64,000 bases of DNA from Trichoplax adhaerens (lineage: Eukaryota > Animalia > Placozoa): assembly GCF_000150275.1 (NCBI RefSeq), contig NW_002060948.1, forward strand, positions 4,383,320-4,447,319, written 5' to 3'. Shown one piece after another: positions 50,225 to 64,000 of the stretch (its first letter is position 1; every line of letters starts with the position of its first letter). A model generated the notes under the pieces. The model worked only from the letters and a program-made list of their open reading frames with translations. It was not told where the DNA came from and did not search any database. A program made the translations under genes and the position numbers.

Positions 50225-50640
50225 ATCGGCTAGCCGCTGACTATACTGTACTGTACTATTACTATCATTTGCAACGATTAACATGCAGCAAAGCACTGCT
50301 TTTATGTAACCCAACTAAAAGCTCTACGGCTACTGGATCAATAATAAAATAATACTTGACTCAACGACTTCATTCCAATGATAGCCTTTTTGAAGACTGC
50401 AGTAATGTACTTAGCATGTTATACACTTCATAAAATCCTTAATATTAGGACACTTACCAATATACATTGCTGATGATAGATTCAATGTATCGGCTAGCCG
50501 CTGACAATGCTATTATAATTCATTATTATAATTTGGCACGATGGATGTGCAGCTGAACATTGCGCTGAAAAATTGGGGAGTAACCCAACTAAAAGCTCTA
50601 GTGCTACTTGACCAATAATAATGATATAATACTTAACTCT
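50225..50640. repeat. Degenerate direct repeat, 2 copies of ~140-150 bp
   Basis: atcggctagccgctgac...gtaacccaactaaaagctcta...gctact...caataata...aatactt.actc at ~50225-50362 and ~50489-50640. Confidence 0.85.
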
Positions 50641-51219
50641 GCCAGAAAATTGGGGAAGAATTCACTTTCATTCTTAATTATCCAATATGTCAACGATCTC
50701 TAAAGTCACATAGAAGCTAGATTAGACAGATAGGCATAATGCAGATATAAAGAAAAAAAATTGATAAAACAGTCGATCTTATAATTGTGAAAGCTGTTTG
50801 TGCATTATACAGCAGTGACTTGCAATGTGCACCAATGTTGACGGTAGCCCCATTCCCGTGCCACTGTCGTTATAGTATACGATGAGATTCTGTTGAGGTT
50901 TTAAGGCTATCATTGTTTTTTATTAATTCATTTCATTTAAATATAGGATTACAAGAATAGTACAGTAGGTTTCAAAGCTCAAATATGATATTCATGAATT
51001 TTTATAAATTAGAATTAACCTAGCCTGGTTCAAATGATTTTTCAAGGATTATATAACAGTAGTTATCATTCACTAGATATAACAATCTTTTAGGCTCATG
51101 AGATCGAATATCAATATGATAGTAATACAGGAGTAGCAAAAATCGCGATAATTTAAAATTGACTTTCTTCAAAACACAAAGTGCCGCTAGCATTTACAAC
51201 TATAATTGATATAAAATCG

Positions 51220-54200
51220 CTAAAGTGAGCCATCAAACGAGTCTTTTAGCTTATGTAGGTGATGTTTCAACTTTAATCGATGCCCAGGAGACAATACACC
51301 ACTATCTTTTAGCACTTGGTGAAATTCGATGGGGCTGTAAGCCACAGAAGATTTCCATAACTCGAATAAAGCAATCCCATCAATATCAGCAGCGCGAAAC
51401 TTCTCATCGTATTGAGCTAAAGTGATTTCCTGCAACCAATTGACGACGTCATCACAGGACCATTGCAGAAAATTCAAACCTAAAGTAAATAAATAATATC
51501 ACACATCTTCAACTATGTCTATATTAATAGAAATACAGAGTTGATGCTTTTTATGTGCTCGAGCTATTCTAGACAGACTAGACTCTTAAATTATTAAAGT
51601 TAATCCTCTTGCGCTTTGCATGCCTACTAGGCCATACATAGTCATTAATTTAATATTTTCGTTGCTGGAACTGCAGACTGTATCATTGTTCTTAATTTAA
51701 TATACAGTGATTGATTGATAAAAATAAATCCTAATAGTCGAGGAATAGCATTTAGCGGTACTAACAGTTTTGGTTCTTTACAAAATTAATAAAAATCTAA
51801 AAGTACATTTGATAATCTCTAAAAACGGATAAACTATTTTAGTAAAGTGCTGATTGGATTATTAAATATGTTTCAAGAAATTTGGTATGCAGCATCAAGT
51901 TTTAAAAACAAAATCTTGTCATTATATAACAAGTACAACTGTTTTTTTTTTACTTTATTTGCCTAACCTGATTCATCATTGAATACTTTATTTTTCAGCC
52001 CTGAATGCCGCTTATAAATTGTCTCATTAAGCGTAGACGAAGGTGAACATGCACTAATTTCGTCTATACAGATTAGTGGGATAGTAGATTGATGATTTAG
52101 TGAATCATTTACTGTTGGGCTGCATTGATCATCCGATAAATGATTTCCGCTCGGTGACTCGACATCAGAATCGCAACCTAGGGTAAAAGAAACAGGATTC
52201 TTCGATATTGTGACGATGCTGTTATTGACGGCAATATCGATTTTGGAAATATCTTGCTCACTATGATGGTTATCTTGAGCATCTGGCTCTAATGGTAAGT
52301 CATTTGGAGCTTTATCGACTTCTATCTGTCTATCATCAACATTATCATCCTGGTACTTATTTAAAGTTATCATCGTCCCGTTGCTAACTTTGGTTACAGT
52401 TTTAACTGTAGTTGCAGTTAAAGTTAATTTATCATCATCCTTTTCGCTATAATATCCATTCAGGAATGAATTAAGAGAGTAAAGTGAATCTCTTGGCGAA
52501 CGGGATATACTCTCTCGATCGCTGAACATATCAAATGAACTTGGCGGGGATGTTGCAAAATCTGAAGAATTATCATGACTATCAAAATTCGTTTCTTTAC
52601 CGCTAGTGTCATCTAATCCCTCATACATACTATCATCATCATTCGATTGGCTGGTTTTCATTACTTTTGATCGCATCCTTTTTCTCTTTTCTTTAATAGA
52701 ATTACTTCGATGTCGACTAGATTCATGTTTACTCGTATGATGATGATGACGACGTTTTTGGTGATGAGACGGTTCTTGATCTTGTTGGATATTATTATCA
52801 TCGCAAACTTTATCAAGACTACTGCGACATTCATCCAAATCTTTGATTGACGTTTCCTCACATTCAGTTTGATTAGTCGTGGAATTAAATTCACTATCTG
52901 GATTTTTTGTTTTACCATTCTCGATATTTGCTTGTTGAACATCATTATCTAGATCATAATGTGATTTAACGCAAGATGATTCGATGATGGTTTCGTTTTT
53001 AAAATTACTCTTTGTAACAGAACTATGATTATTTTGGATATTCGTTGTTTTTTGCTGCTTGTAATTTCCATCCGACAATTTAGCCGGCAGCGAATCAGAT
53101 CGACTTAAACTATCGTAATACTTCGACATTAATAGCATTTCTCTCTCGATATTATGTGCTTTTTCTAGTTCAGCATTTGGTGGTGAAATTACAATTTCAA
53201 CGCTATTAGGTTTACTAACAATTAATTGATGCCTACGCTGCTCAATATCGTTTTGAATATTCTTATCGTCATGATTATGATTTACCACAAAGCTATCGAT
53301 ATCACAGCTATCGTCAACTGGCAGGGCACATTTTCTGATTTTAGATGTTATGTTATACTGACCGATGATATCGTAGCTAGTGAACATTTCTTTGTTAATC
53401 TGTGTACAATCGTTAATGTTTAGTCGTGTTAATGATCGAATTTGACTGCAGATAGGACTATTAACCGTTATTGTATCATTTCCATCCGGTATTAACTTAA
53501 TAATACACTCTTCTTTAATAATCAACTTCAATCCATACTCTAGGCAATCTGGGCTTTGAAAATAAGTCACCAACAGAGGTCGATTGCATAAACGTGCATA
53601 TTCTACTCTTAAACGAAATTTAGACACTTCTTCAACTCGACTCGGCATTACCATACAAATAACACCGCAATTTTGAATTGAGTTGACCACTGAAATAAGA
53701 AGAAAAGCTTTGCGTTAGTCATTGCTGTTGAGAATAAATAAGCGATCTATCAAGACTGTGGTCGTTTGTAAATATTACCGCATCAATTCAAAGACCTAGG
53801 CTATGAAATGAAAGTATAGCATGCTGAGCTAAATTAATCTAAAACTTTACTAATAAATATTAAGAACGCAAGTAGGAATACTACCAATCTGTGATAAATA
53901 CTATTAATGGAACGAACGACAAATAACAGTAGAACTGCATTTCGTTGGTAGAGTATTTATGACAATATTTAAGTCAAAGGGTCGATTAAAATTACCAGTA
54001 TTAAATGGTAATCTTATTCACTTTACATTGATCATCTCAATAATTATCACTAACTACTGTACATTGCATAATCATTACACAGCATAAAATTCGCTTATCA
54101 ATATTGTAGATTACCAAAAAAATTGCATAAATACGAGTAATGATGACACTTCCGATATGCTTATATCATAAATAACATAATATTTGCATACTATCTAATA

Positions 54201-57200
54201 TCGTAGAGGTAAAAATATTTTCTCGGATTTCATAACCACGAGCTTCTAAAAATCGAATAACTTTCAGTATTTTCATATGATCATGCATAGAAAAGGAAAA
54301 TAATATCCTCTGAGAGCCTGCAACAGAAGTGATATGACATCTTGAGTAAAAACGTATATATATATTGTATTCTTAGACATGATATAGCAAAAGCAATTAA
54401 AGCATTATCACCGGCTGCAAGAAATCTTAGCATCAATAGTAAATTTAATGTAAGGCAATATAATTATTCCTCATATCTTTGATCATCTGTCAACTTCTTA
54501 TAAACGGAAGCAAACCGCTATAACTCTTAAACTGCAACTAAATTATCTCTTAAGAAATCTATTTAATACTGTATAAGGTTACTTCGGTATCTCAAATTTA
54601 CACGGTTAGTTGTGAAGCCTTAATTGTATATCGGTACCCTGGCTTGCAATAGCTATAAAATTAGTACCATATATTTTATATACGTACGTTTCTTCTTGAT
54701 TTCGTATGTATTTTTATCAGGTCGTTTACATTCATCTTGATATCTTTGCAATTGCTTAACAATTTTCGGTGCATCTTCTACTAAAAATAGATGAATACCG
54801 AAATGACCAAGTGACTTTGCTTGATCAGCCGCAATAGACCATTTACTTCCATTTTTCGCTTTTAAATTGCTACCGGCCAAAACCAATAGATAGACCATAT
54901 CAAAATTACTACTTGACGTTGCCATAAATAGTGGCGTTATACCATTACGATCGCATAAGTTAACATCGGCGCCTTTTAAAATCAAAAATCTAGCCATTTC
55001 TTGTTCATCTGATAATAACGTTAAGTGTAGAGCCGTAGTAATCCTTTTACCTACAGCATTGATGTTGGCACCCTATAACGCAACAAAATTAAAGTAAAGT
55101 TAAACCGCAAATATTGCGTTAGCTTATTTCTATAACACACATTTGATGAGATATTAAAGGATGACTTACTGAAAAATATGCTACAGTATTTATATTATAA
55201 ATGAAGTGGCTAGTCATGACGACAATGTGATTATTATATTCGTTAATAATTATATAGGTATGATGATCAGTATTTTAAAATATTAATAACTCACTTGATC
55301 AAGAAGATATTGAACGGTCTCAAAATGATTACACATGGCGGCTATTGTTAAAGCTGGATATAGTGGTAATTCCAATTTATCAATTTTCCAATCATCGTGG
55401 CTAAAATAACTACTAACTTTGTCAATTGGAGTTGATTCGATGTCGACGCCATTGTCTAAACACTTTTGGAGCACTTTCAGATCATTCTCGCAAGCTGCAT
55501 TGAACCATTTCCTATAGGCTAAGTATATAAGATAATTAGCTGTAGGCAAAGTAGAATTGATTCCCTTTACATAGAGATAGCAATTACAAATCCAAAGGAC
55601 TAATTTATCGCTTTAGATAACCCTAAACTAGCTATCACAATTCTATGCTTAATCTGATAATTACATCGACTAAAATTAATCTTAAAGTGCATATTAAATC
55701 CAATAATGTGTGAAGAGTTCATTCCATTGAAATATTTATTTACTTACTTGATGTAGTTGGCTCAGTTGAATCATCATTGCAATCTACCATATCATGAGCA
55801 ATAAGTGAATCCACGACTTTTTGATTATCCAACATTATAGCAATGTCATAAGCACTATAACCTTCTCTGTTTCGAATTTGACAATTAGCGTTATTTTCAA
55901 TCAGTTCTTCAGCTAAATCGTCGTGTCCTAGCATAATAGCAAGGCTCAAAGGTGTCTGACCATCAGGACTACACAAGTCAATATCAGCTTCTTTCGCTAT
56001 AAAATAACGTGCCATTTCCAATTGGCCCAATAATATTGTGGTGTGTAGTACTCCTAAACCGTCCTTGCTGACAGCATTTATGTCTGCACCCTGTAATTAT
56101 TATCATAGAAGGAATCAAAATACGTTCCCTATTATGCTTGAGCAGGTAAAGAAAACGTGTAAAATATTTGTACAGTAATATCAGTAGCAGTGTTTACAAG
56201 ATACTACATTCAGTAAGTATTATCGTAAGTTTGGTGCAGGATTTGTATATTACTCGTATCCCTATAAGATACTAGCGAGATGTACTGGCATACCATAGTA
56301 ACAACACTGTGGATACAGAAGGATAACGCAATAGGAAATTAAATTTTTAATTATATCATGCACCAGCAATATCAAAGTAATACTATAAATAACCCTTCTA
56401 GTCACATCGATGTTTACGACATTTATTAAAAAGCCAGATATACCTAAGTGTAATAATTTTGGTATACTGTATACCGAATAAAACCTTATCAGCAAATGCT
56501 GCTAATCTTTTACAGGGGAATACTAATGAACAATATCTGTAAAAGAAGCCTTGTATGGCTATAAAGTACACTATTAAGTTTAAATCCATTCTTATGATGG
56601 CATAAATGAATTACAAACAATCGTACACTTATGAGTATTTCGTCGAATTAAGTAATTAACAAGGTACATACTTTAATATTATGAGAAAAGATGAATCTGC
56701 CAGTTTACAAAGTACTGTAATATGCCACCGATGTACATACTTACTTAAATTGTTAGATACTGATTGATTAGATCTCTTACAAACTAAAATTAAAATTTTT
56801 GATTTACGGCATTTATGGCATTGCAATATCTCAATCCTAGAATGTTTCCAGTTATTGCGTATAATTCACGGATAATCGATGTAAGCTAGCATCAGGAGAG
56901 GTATTTGTATACATAAATCATGTTTGGCACAATAAATGCAACTATTTCATTAACTTAAATAAAAAAATTAAAATCATGATGTTCTAACAGTAATATTTTT
57001 TACCATCTGTAATAGAAACTCGCAAGCTTCTTGACACCCACAACCTGCAGCTAAGATCAAAGCAGGATTATCGCTATTTTTCCACATCTTGTAACGAAAA
57101 TTGGGCACTTTATCGCAAACCAATGCTTCCATGTCTACACCATCAGCTAGACATTCTTTCAATGTTGCAATATCATTATCGCAAGCCGCTTCAAACCATA

Positions 57201-59279
57201 TTTTATAAACTATCGGTAAGATAGAATAACTAAATATAAATGACATATCTTCAATTTCTTGTCATTAGCATCATAGAAGCAATAAAATTAAAAATAATCA
57301 GGAAATGGCATCTTCTGTTTAGCGGTAAATGAAATAAAGTACACCTTTCTGCTTATTTATGAAACTTAGCTAATTTTTCTCATCTCTCCAAAATTAGTCT
57401 TAAGAAGTGACAGGCAGTAAATTTCTAAGTTGATCAATTTTGACTGACGTTGTCATATTTAGTATACTGATGCATTTGATTTTATCCTATAACTGATAGG
57501 CAATAAATGGGTGTCAGTTTCTAATTAAACCCAATGACTTACATTAAAATACTTGATGATAAAGTTGTTACTCTCACTTTTAATCACAATAGCGCATTTT
57601 GTTAGATCAAGATTGCAATGGGCTATTACATTCTTCTAATCAGTTCAGTAAATACCATTAGATGAGAAAATGGTATGCATACTTAATATGCTTGATGTAA
57701 ATCTGAACAATATGGCACTCTATAAAATTGTACTGTTATTAAATATGAATAGATTATTTAATTGTCTAAATTCCTTCGAGAAAAAGTATTTTAATTAATA
57801 GTGTAGTTGTGAAGTAGCATTACTTTGAAATCTGCATCAACTACTGTTCAAAAGCTATTTTGATAAAGGTAGCGTTAGATTTTGTTAAAGATTAATGCTG
57901 TTACATAGTGGTTCAGAAATTCTAATAAATCAAGCTACCATCAACAATCAGCGATATCATTTTAGTAAGATCATGGAAAATATACGAGTTGGATGAGTTG
58001 ATCTAATTATAATAGTCAACTTCTTTAAAGTTAAATTCTAATATAGTTTGTTTAAAATAACTTTATTAAGCTATAAAAAAATAAAAACATGCAGCTAATT
58101 TAACTACTTCATGTATTCTTACTATTGATCTATAAATGATGCTAATTACTACATTACAATTCTGAAGATTTTTTAATGCCACTGTTGCAACTACAGTATA
58201 CAGTAAATGTTATGATAGATATGAACAGTATCTGTAATTTTAAATGCATAGCAATGCAGTAGTATCTTTCTCACTAATCATAGATCAGAATGACCAATTT
58301 AAAAATGGTAAGAGGTGCAACAGTAACCAGGTACGAGTCATAAATAATAACCAAACTAACTACATCATCAAAAATTAACTAAACTTGAAGGCTGTAAAGT
58401 CATTTAGCCGATAATCCTGATAGCTGATCCATCGGGAGAGATGATAGAACTTTAAGGTTCCTGTTAGTATGTACGCGTATGTAATTAATGTAACGTAATC
58501 CCATATCCGATAATCCTATATTTCAATAAATATTAATCGATAAAAATATCTCGCAATGCGGTTAGAAAAGGGTAGTTTAAGAGGTAATAAGAGGATGAGT
58601 AACGAGAAAATAATCATTAAAGGCAAAAGTATGAATATCTCATTAATAAACTACTTCAATAAAGTACCGTACTTTAAAATTTATAGAAACACTGATAATT
58701 AACTTAAGGAATGCAAAATACAAGATATTTAAGAAATAGATATTACTATTTCAACTGTAAATTACTGTACATTTACGTATGATGCTGTATTTGCAGTAGT
58801 GAAATCCATCGACAGATAGCTAATAATAGGAAGGAAAAGAAACTTTTTTTCTTATTTTTGTATAATTAATTGACTACTAATCGCACACAAAGTTAGATCA
58901 ATACCTTAATAACGTTAGTTATTAACATAAAATAACATTTTTAATTTCTTTACTATCTAACAAAATGTTATTTGACAACTTTACTCGTATTTAGAGATTT
59001 CTTGAGAACTTTAAAAGCCAAATTATGAATTTAGATTAAGTACAAAGAAATATTTTTATAAGAACAAGCCCATAAACATTTTAACTCAACCTAAAAAGTA
59101 AACTGATCTCCTTTGATCTCACTCAAAGTAGAATTAAAATTGTACGATTTGGATATAATAACAGATAGAAACTAATTTTTACCTTTACCTCGTATTTCGA
59201 CTTTTGATTGATCGTCATCCTCGATTAAATTACCATGATTAGACGCTTTACTGCCACAAATGACCGACGCTGTCGCCAT
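51220..59279 (-). CDS. Ankyrin-repeat - TIR-like - low-complexity - SAM protein
   Basis: Putative first exon 59189-59279. ANK exons 57004-57208, 55745-56091, 55294-55516 and 54687-55072. TIR-like segment across 54192-54317 and from 53689 downwards (RILFSFSMHDHMKILKVIRFLEARGYEI...STILDMVNSIQNCGVICMVM...VEYARLCNRPLLV). Long Ser/Asp/Asn-rich region. SAM exon 51220-51479 (WSCDDVVNWLQEITLAQYDEKFRAADIDGIALFEL...GHRLKL). Confidence 0.8.
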
Positions 59280-62279
59280 TACTGATTTAAAATACGATAA
59301 ATTTGTAGTATCTATTCACAACTGATGTAGTATTTTGGAACAGAATCTTGTTAAAGAATTTGATGTTCGACACTTATAAAGGCTAACCAAAATGATTAGC
59401 ACTAAGCATGATATATCCGTTCAGTTGAGTCTGCAGTAGAAATTGGTTAAATATGATAGCAATTGAATAACAAATATAAATGAAAATCAAGCGATGATGA
59501 TAACCTTCTAAATATAAGACAAAAGGTGAACAATATTAGTACTTTCGAGACACTGATGTCAATTTTATTAATTCCTTGATAGTAGGAAGTGATGATTGAA
59601 TGACGTCTTACATTCAAGTTGAAATAAAAGGTAGAAACAACTCTTTTACGTGGTTCAACTGACAATACCTAATTTGAATAGATCTATAAATTGAACTACA
59701 AAGGCGGCCAATGCAGATTTAATAAAAAAAATGACAGTAGTCGTTTTTCGATGAGTTAGTTATATGGTTATAATTGACCATGTGTCTAATCATGATCACC
59801 AACATTGTTGACATCATGAATAGCTATCATCAATTATACTATTGTTCATCTTTATATATCGATTAAAAATATCCGTAGCATTAATAGAACAGGAGGAACC
59901 AAACAAAAATAAAATGAATTAGATTGTAATCAAGTGGTATAATTGATATTCATTGACTAATAAATTATTTAACTCTAGTTATTTTACTATTTTTTTTATT
60001 GGAATCCTTATTTTCAGCTTATGAAAGCATAGCAATTTTAATGCAATCTATATAGTGTATGGTAGAATCAGAATAGTAAATTAGATTGGATACCTAGGTT
60101 ACTGCGATAGAATACAAGTCTTTAATTTCCCAATTAATAGCTTAAAATCTATCATATTGAGCATTTGTTGGCTTCAATAATAAAAAAAACAGGATCGCAC
60201 TCTCCACTGTTCCATCAGTTATAGTTCGTATACGAAGTCAAAATATGGCTTCTTTTAATAGTAGCTGATTTAAGAATTCCAATCATGCGAGAGCATGAAT
60301 AAAACTGCTTGTGTTATACATTCTATTCTAGAATATTCCTAGAACATGAAAGATTTCTTTCGAAATTTAATTTTTCTTCAAATTGCGTTATCTCTAATTT
60401 AATAAAAAAGTAGTATATGACTATTTAGAATGTAAATATGCATCAAAATGATAGTTTGAATTGTTCTGCCTAGATAATCACTTCAAAGATGCCGATGATG
60501 AGAGGAAAAGTAAAGTAGTAGAATGCAACTACTGTGGATAATATCATCGCAGACAGAGATAATCCTTTTGAAAAATTACAATTTCAGGAATACAGTATGT
60601 TAACAAGTAATGTCCCTAAATTTAATTCTTTTGCAGTTAATCTGGCATATCGATAAAATAGATTGGGTAGCCCTTAGTCGCTTACCCTACTAATCTAGTA
60701 ATGATAATAGCTTTTATGACAGAATTGCGTAAAAGGCGATCGACCTTGCTTGCTGAGAAGTATAGTATTAGCAAAATAAGAAATACAAATAGGCTACAGT
60801 GACTGATATTACTTATTATTATTTTTTAGAGAGAAGTTCTCAAATGTTCTCTAATTATATATTCCCGTCAAAGATGAACTACATTATAAGTGAGCAATAA
60901 TTGAAGTTCAGTTCTTTTCCATCCGTACTGACTGTAGTACATCGAACAATATCCTGCCTTATATGGCTTTGCTACCACATAACTGCTACTCCTTGTGCTC
61001 GTTAGACTATAAAAATGAACACCTGGCCATTTGTGGCCTTTGACATTGTGCTGTTTCTCTTGTTACCTCGTTTCGTGTACTGTTTATCATTGTAAACCAG
61101 TTAAATTTCATGGTACTCTATTAATACGTTATAATGTTACGTTATTTCTATTGCTGCCAGCACATGAATAGACTAATGCGCAGTTGATATTCAACATAAA
61201 TAAATTATTGAAGTATTATATCTGGATATGAAATACCGTCAGAACTAGCATGTTGTAATGACCATTGCAATATTGGTGGCACAGATAACTTACCGCATCG
61301 ATCCTATACGGTTAACTCTAATCTCGAGAATAATGCTATAATGCTGTAAAATATGTATATTGAGCAGGGCGATGAGGACTGTATCAAGTGAACAGGTTAT
61401 AAGCTAGTACTAATAAGCTAAACTTTCTTAGATATTGATAATAACCTATTGACTATCTTAATTGTATTAAAATACTATCTGTAGTGAATGGCTTCTTAAC
61501 CTTACTTTGTTAAGACGTACAGTTCTTCGCTAGATACTCGAACTACTGTATTCTCTAACACATAACTATTATACTGAACTAAAATCATTACGCTGCTGTT
61601 TTACGTTCAGAAAAATTTCTTATCATGCTCGGTTTATTCATTAATCCTGGACATAAACATTTAGCGTGTTTTAGGGTTAATGTGCAAAACGAATTGTCGT
61701 CCCCTTGTTCTCTTAATCCATTTAAAAGCATAAAAAGAGAGAAAAAAAAGGGTGACATTTAGTTTTACACGCAGTATGACGATGCTACAGTAGTGTATAG
61801 TATAGTGTACCTATAGTATACTCGTATACTGTATATCGCTATTCAAATCTCTGAAAGACCAGAAAAAGTTTGACTTTTATGCTAGACTATGCGTGCAGTA
61901 AAAATCACCTTTGAATATCATGTGATTATGGAATATGTGAGGTCGATGAAGGATTGCTGAAATAATAACCTCACTGGCAATACGACACCAAATGGGTACT
62001 TTCAACTTTCAAGCGAGGATTTCTTCTTTCTAGCCTTAATCAACGATGTTGTATGCATGTTTGGGTGCGTGTATTAAAAGAATGAATTATTAAAAGGCAT
62101 ATATTGTAGGACTACTTAGATGCTTATAAGTTTTTGGACGACATGCAGTGATAGCCTTGGAGATTGGCTGAAAGCAGTTCATTTAATTTAGGAAATTAGC
62201 CGCTCTGCCTATGCATTTATAAATTTGTAGTCATCGGTATTGGTTTCAAGTGAGTAAGGGCTGTGCCATTCTAATCACC

Positions 62280-62860
62280 GGTTACTGTACGCCAGTATAC
62301 GGTTGTACGTGTCCACTGTACACTGTTGCAACGAAACACGTAAACTGTAAAAATGTACTTTTACTGCAGTTTTAAACACGCGTATATACCTGCAATATCA
62401 GCAAGTGATGCAGTACAAATATAAGAATGAAAATATTAATTTTTGGTATAGATGGGAACAAAAATATAGTACAGTACATATCATGTCCAGTATTAGGCCA
62501 TACAGTCCAGTAGGGTAGAAAAAGAGGAAAAAAAAACATCGAGTCTGCTGATTGTCTTGCTATTCCCATACGCTAGATTCCCAGTTCAAAACAGGCAACA
62601 CCCCAGCTTGTACGACTAGTGTACAGTGTACAGTACTGTACAATACAGTATGTACGCTGTACTGTATGAGCGCTGGACTAATCCGACTTCTTAAAAGTGC
62701 CACTGCACAGTACAGTATCAGTTTGCACAGTACAGTACAGTATCAGTCTGAACAGTACAGTACTGTGTATTGTACTGTGTACGAAATACTGTACTTCGTG
62801 TACTGTATCGCTTTACTGAAGTACAGTACCGTACCGAGTTCGGTACACTAATACAGTATA
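62280..62860. promoter_or_regulatory. TACAG/CTGTA array upstream of aPKC (possibly shared with the ANK-TIR-SAM gene)
   Basis: gtgtacagtgtacagtactgtacaatacagta... and cacagtacagtacagtatcag...cagtacagtactgtg, ending ~280 bp before the ATG at 63138. Confidence 0.6.
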
Positions 62861-63137
62861 GTTGGAAACCGTTATTGAGTCGTTAATTAATAAAATTATC
62901 ATAACTTGACAAGATAGCACCACGGTAAAAAAGGCTGACGATAGCGATCGACCCCGATATTACGTAAATAATAAGTGATGAGTCACTGGTGAAGCAGTCA
63001 GTGATTCGTGATAGTCCATCACTTTCCTCTACATAGCAACGATTCTGTTTGCCAACAAGTTAAAATTGATCTTGATCTAGTACAGCCAGTTAAGAAGTAA
63101 TCTTATTATTGATATAATTACCAGCTTTACGACTAAG

Positions 63138-63784
63138 ATGGATCCATTAGAGTATCGTATTCAAGCTAAAGCGATTTGCAATGGGTAATTATTTCAAAAT
63201 AATGCGTCATATACTATCACTAACTACATTTTAATTGCTATCAAGTTTGATTTGAGTTGGAATAGACAATTATCATATCTTAATTTTGGCATGACCATAA
63301 GTATAGCGAAAGATATTGAGGTTAAAAAAAGAAAAAATAACCGTGACCGGAATCTAGTACATTGCATACGATCTTTATTATAACTCTTGTTAGCCAAGAT
63401 TTAAGACTAATAAACGATCGATAGGCAGTAGTTAAGACCGAATTTCGTACAGTAAACGATCGTAGTGTTATTGTTGTTAATTTTGTTACGATATGGCTTC
63501 AAAGATCAATCGATTAGTAATTGATAGGTTGATGATTTCTTAAATACTACGTATTGTTTTCTGTTTTTTATTTTATTTACTCGTAGTGGATGGTATTAGC
63601 AAATATTAATTGTACTACTAATAAACTCTTCACGTTTTAATCGTTTATGTTCGTATCTTCAGAGATATTTTATCATTGGATCTGGATTCACGATCGTCGT
63701 ATGATGAATTATGTGATGTCATCCGTAAAACCTATAAGTTTAACCAAAATCATCAATTTACCCTCAAATGGTTAGATGATGAAG
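63138..63784 (+). CDS. PRKCI: Atypical protein kinase C (iota/zeta family), first two exons (PB1 domain); runs off the window
   Basis: Exons 63138-63184 and 63663-63784 give MDPLEYRIQAKAICNGDILSLDLDSRSSYDELCDVIRKTYKFNQNHQFTLKWLDDEG, matching the aPKC PB1 pattern KA...GDI...LC...R....F....FT.KW.DEEG. The kinase domain is not in the window. Confidence 0.8.
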
Positions 63785-64000
63785 GTAATTGTGCTCTTGA
63801 TGTATACCATGAAAACTTACTTTTTGCTTATTTCATCCCATCCCCTTATTAAGCGAAAAGCTGCTGCAAATGGTCAACGTAGTTCTGCTGATTGATACTA
63901 TACGGTACCGCATTAGTAAAGTCAAACTCATCAAAGGACCACTTTATGAATGTATCTAAATGCTAATATCAATACATTTTATCATTTATTCAATTGATTC

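Noticed and set aside
53780-53801. Candidate micro-exon within the TIR region
   Set aside because: It introduces stops in the required phase; direct splicing 54192->53689 is in frame.

Overview
AT-rich, gene-dense eukaryotic (animal) genomic DNA with short spliceosomal introns and one 50-N scaffold gap (5839-5888). The style suggests a compact early-branching metazoan such as the placozoan Trichoplax; this is inference, not proof. From left to right the window holds: (1) an apparently intact tyrosine-recombinase gene (Crypton-like) with an N-terminus of candidate phase-1 micro-exons, followed by a degenerate ~238-bp tandem repeat and a short-motif cluster; (2) a membrane receptor gene, C-type lectin - ~33 EGF (one per exon) - FN3-like - TM - short tail, with recent exon duplications and one decayed exon; (3) a 5-copy ~185-bp tandem repeat; (4) an EGF/CUB gene carrying a 5-bp frameshift; (5) MICOS10; (6) an orphan multi-exon gene; (7) ARMC9 with a likely U12-type intron, head-to-head with (8) PPIH; (9) SF3B4; (10) an ankyrin-TIR-SAM gene with a degenerate TIR; (11) the 5' end of atypical PKC. 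Dense palindromic TACAG/CTGTA arrays lie just upstream of every conserved housekeeping gene in the window, and I saw none upstream of the EGF genes. All gene models were spliced by eye, so boundaries may be off by a few bases.
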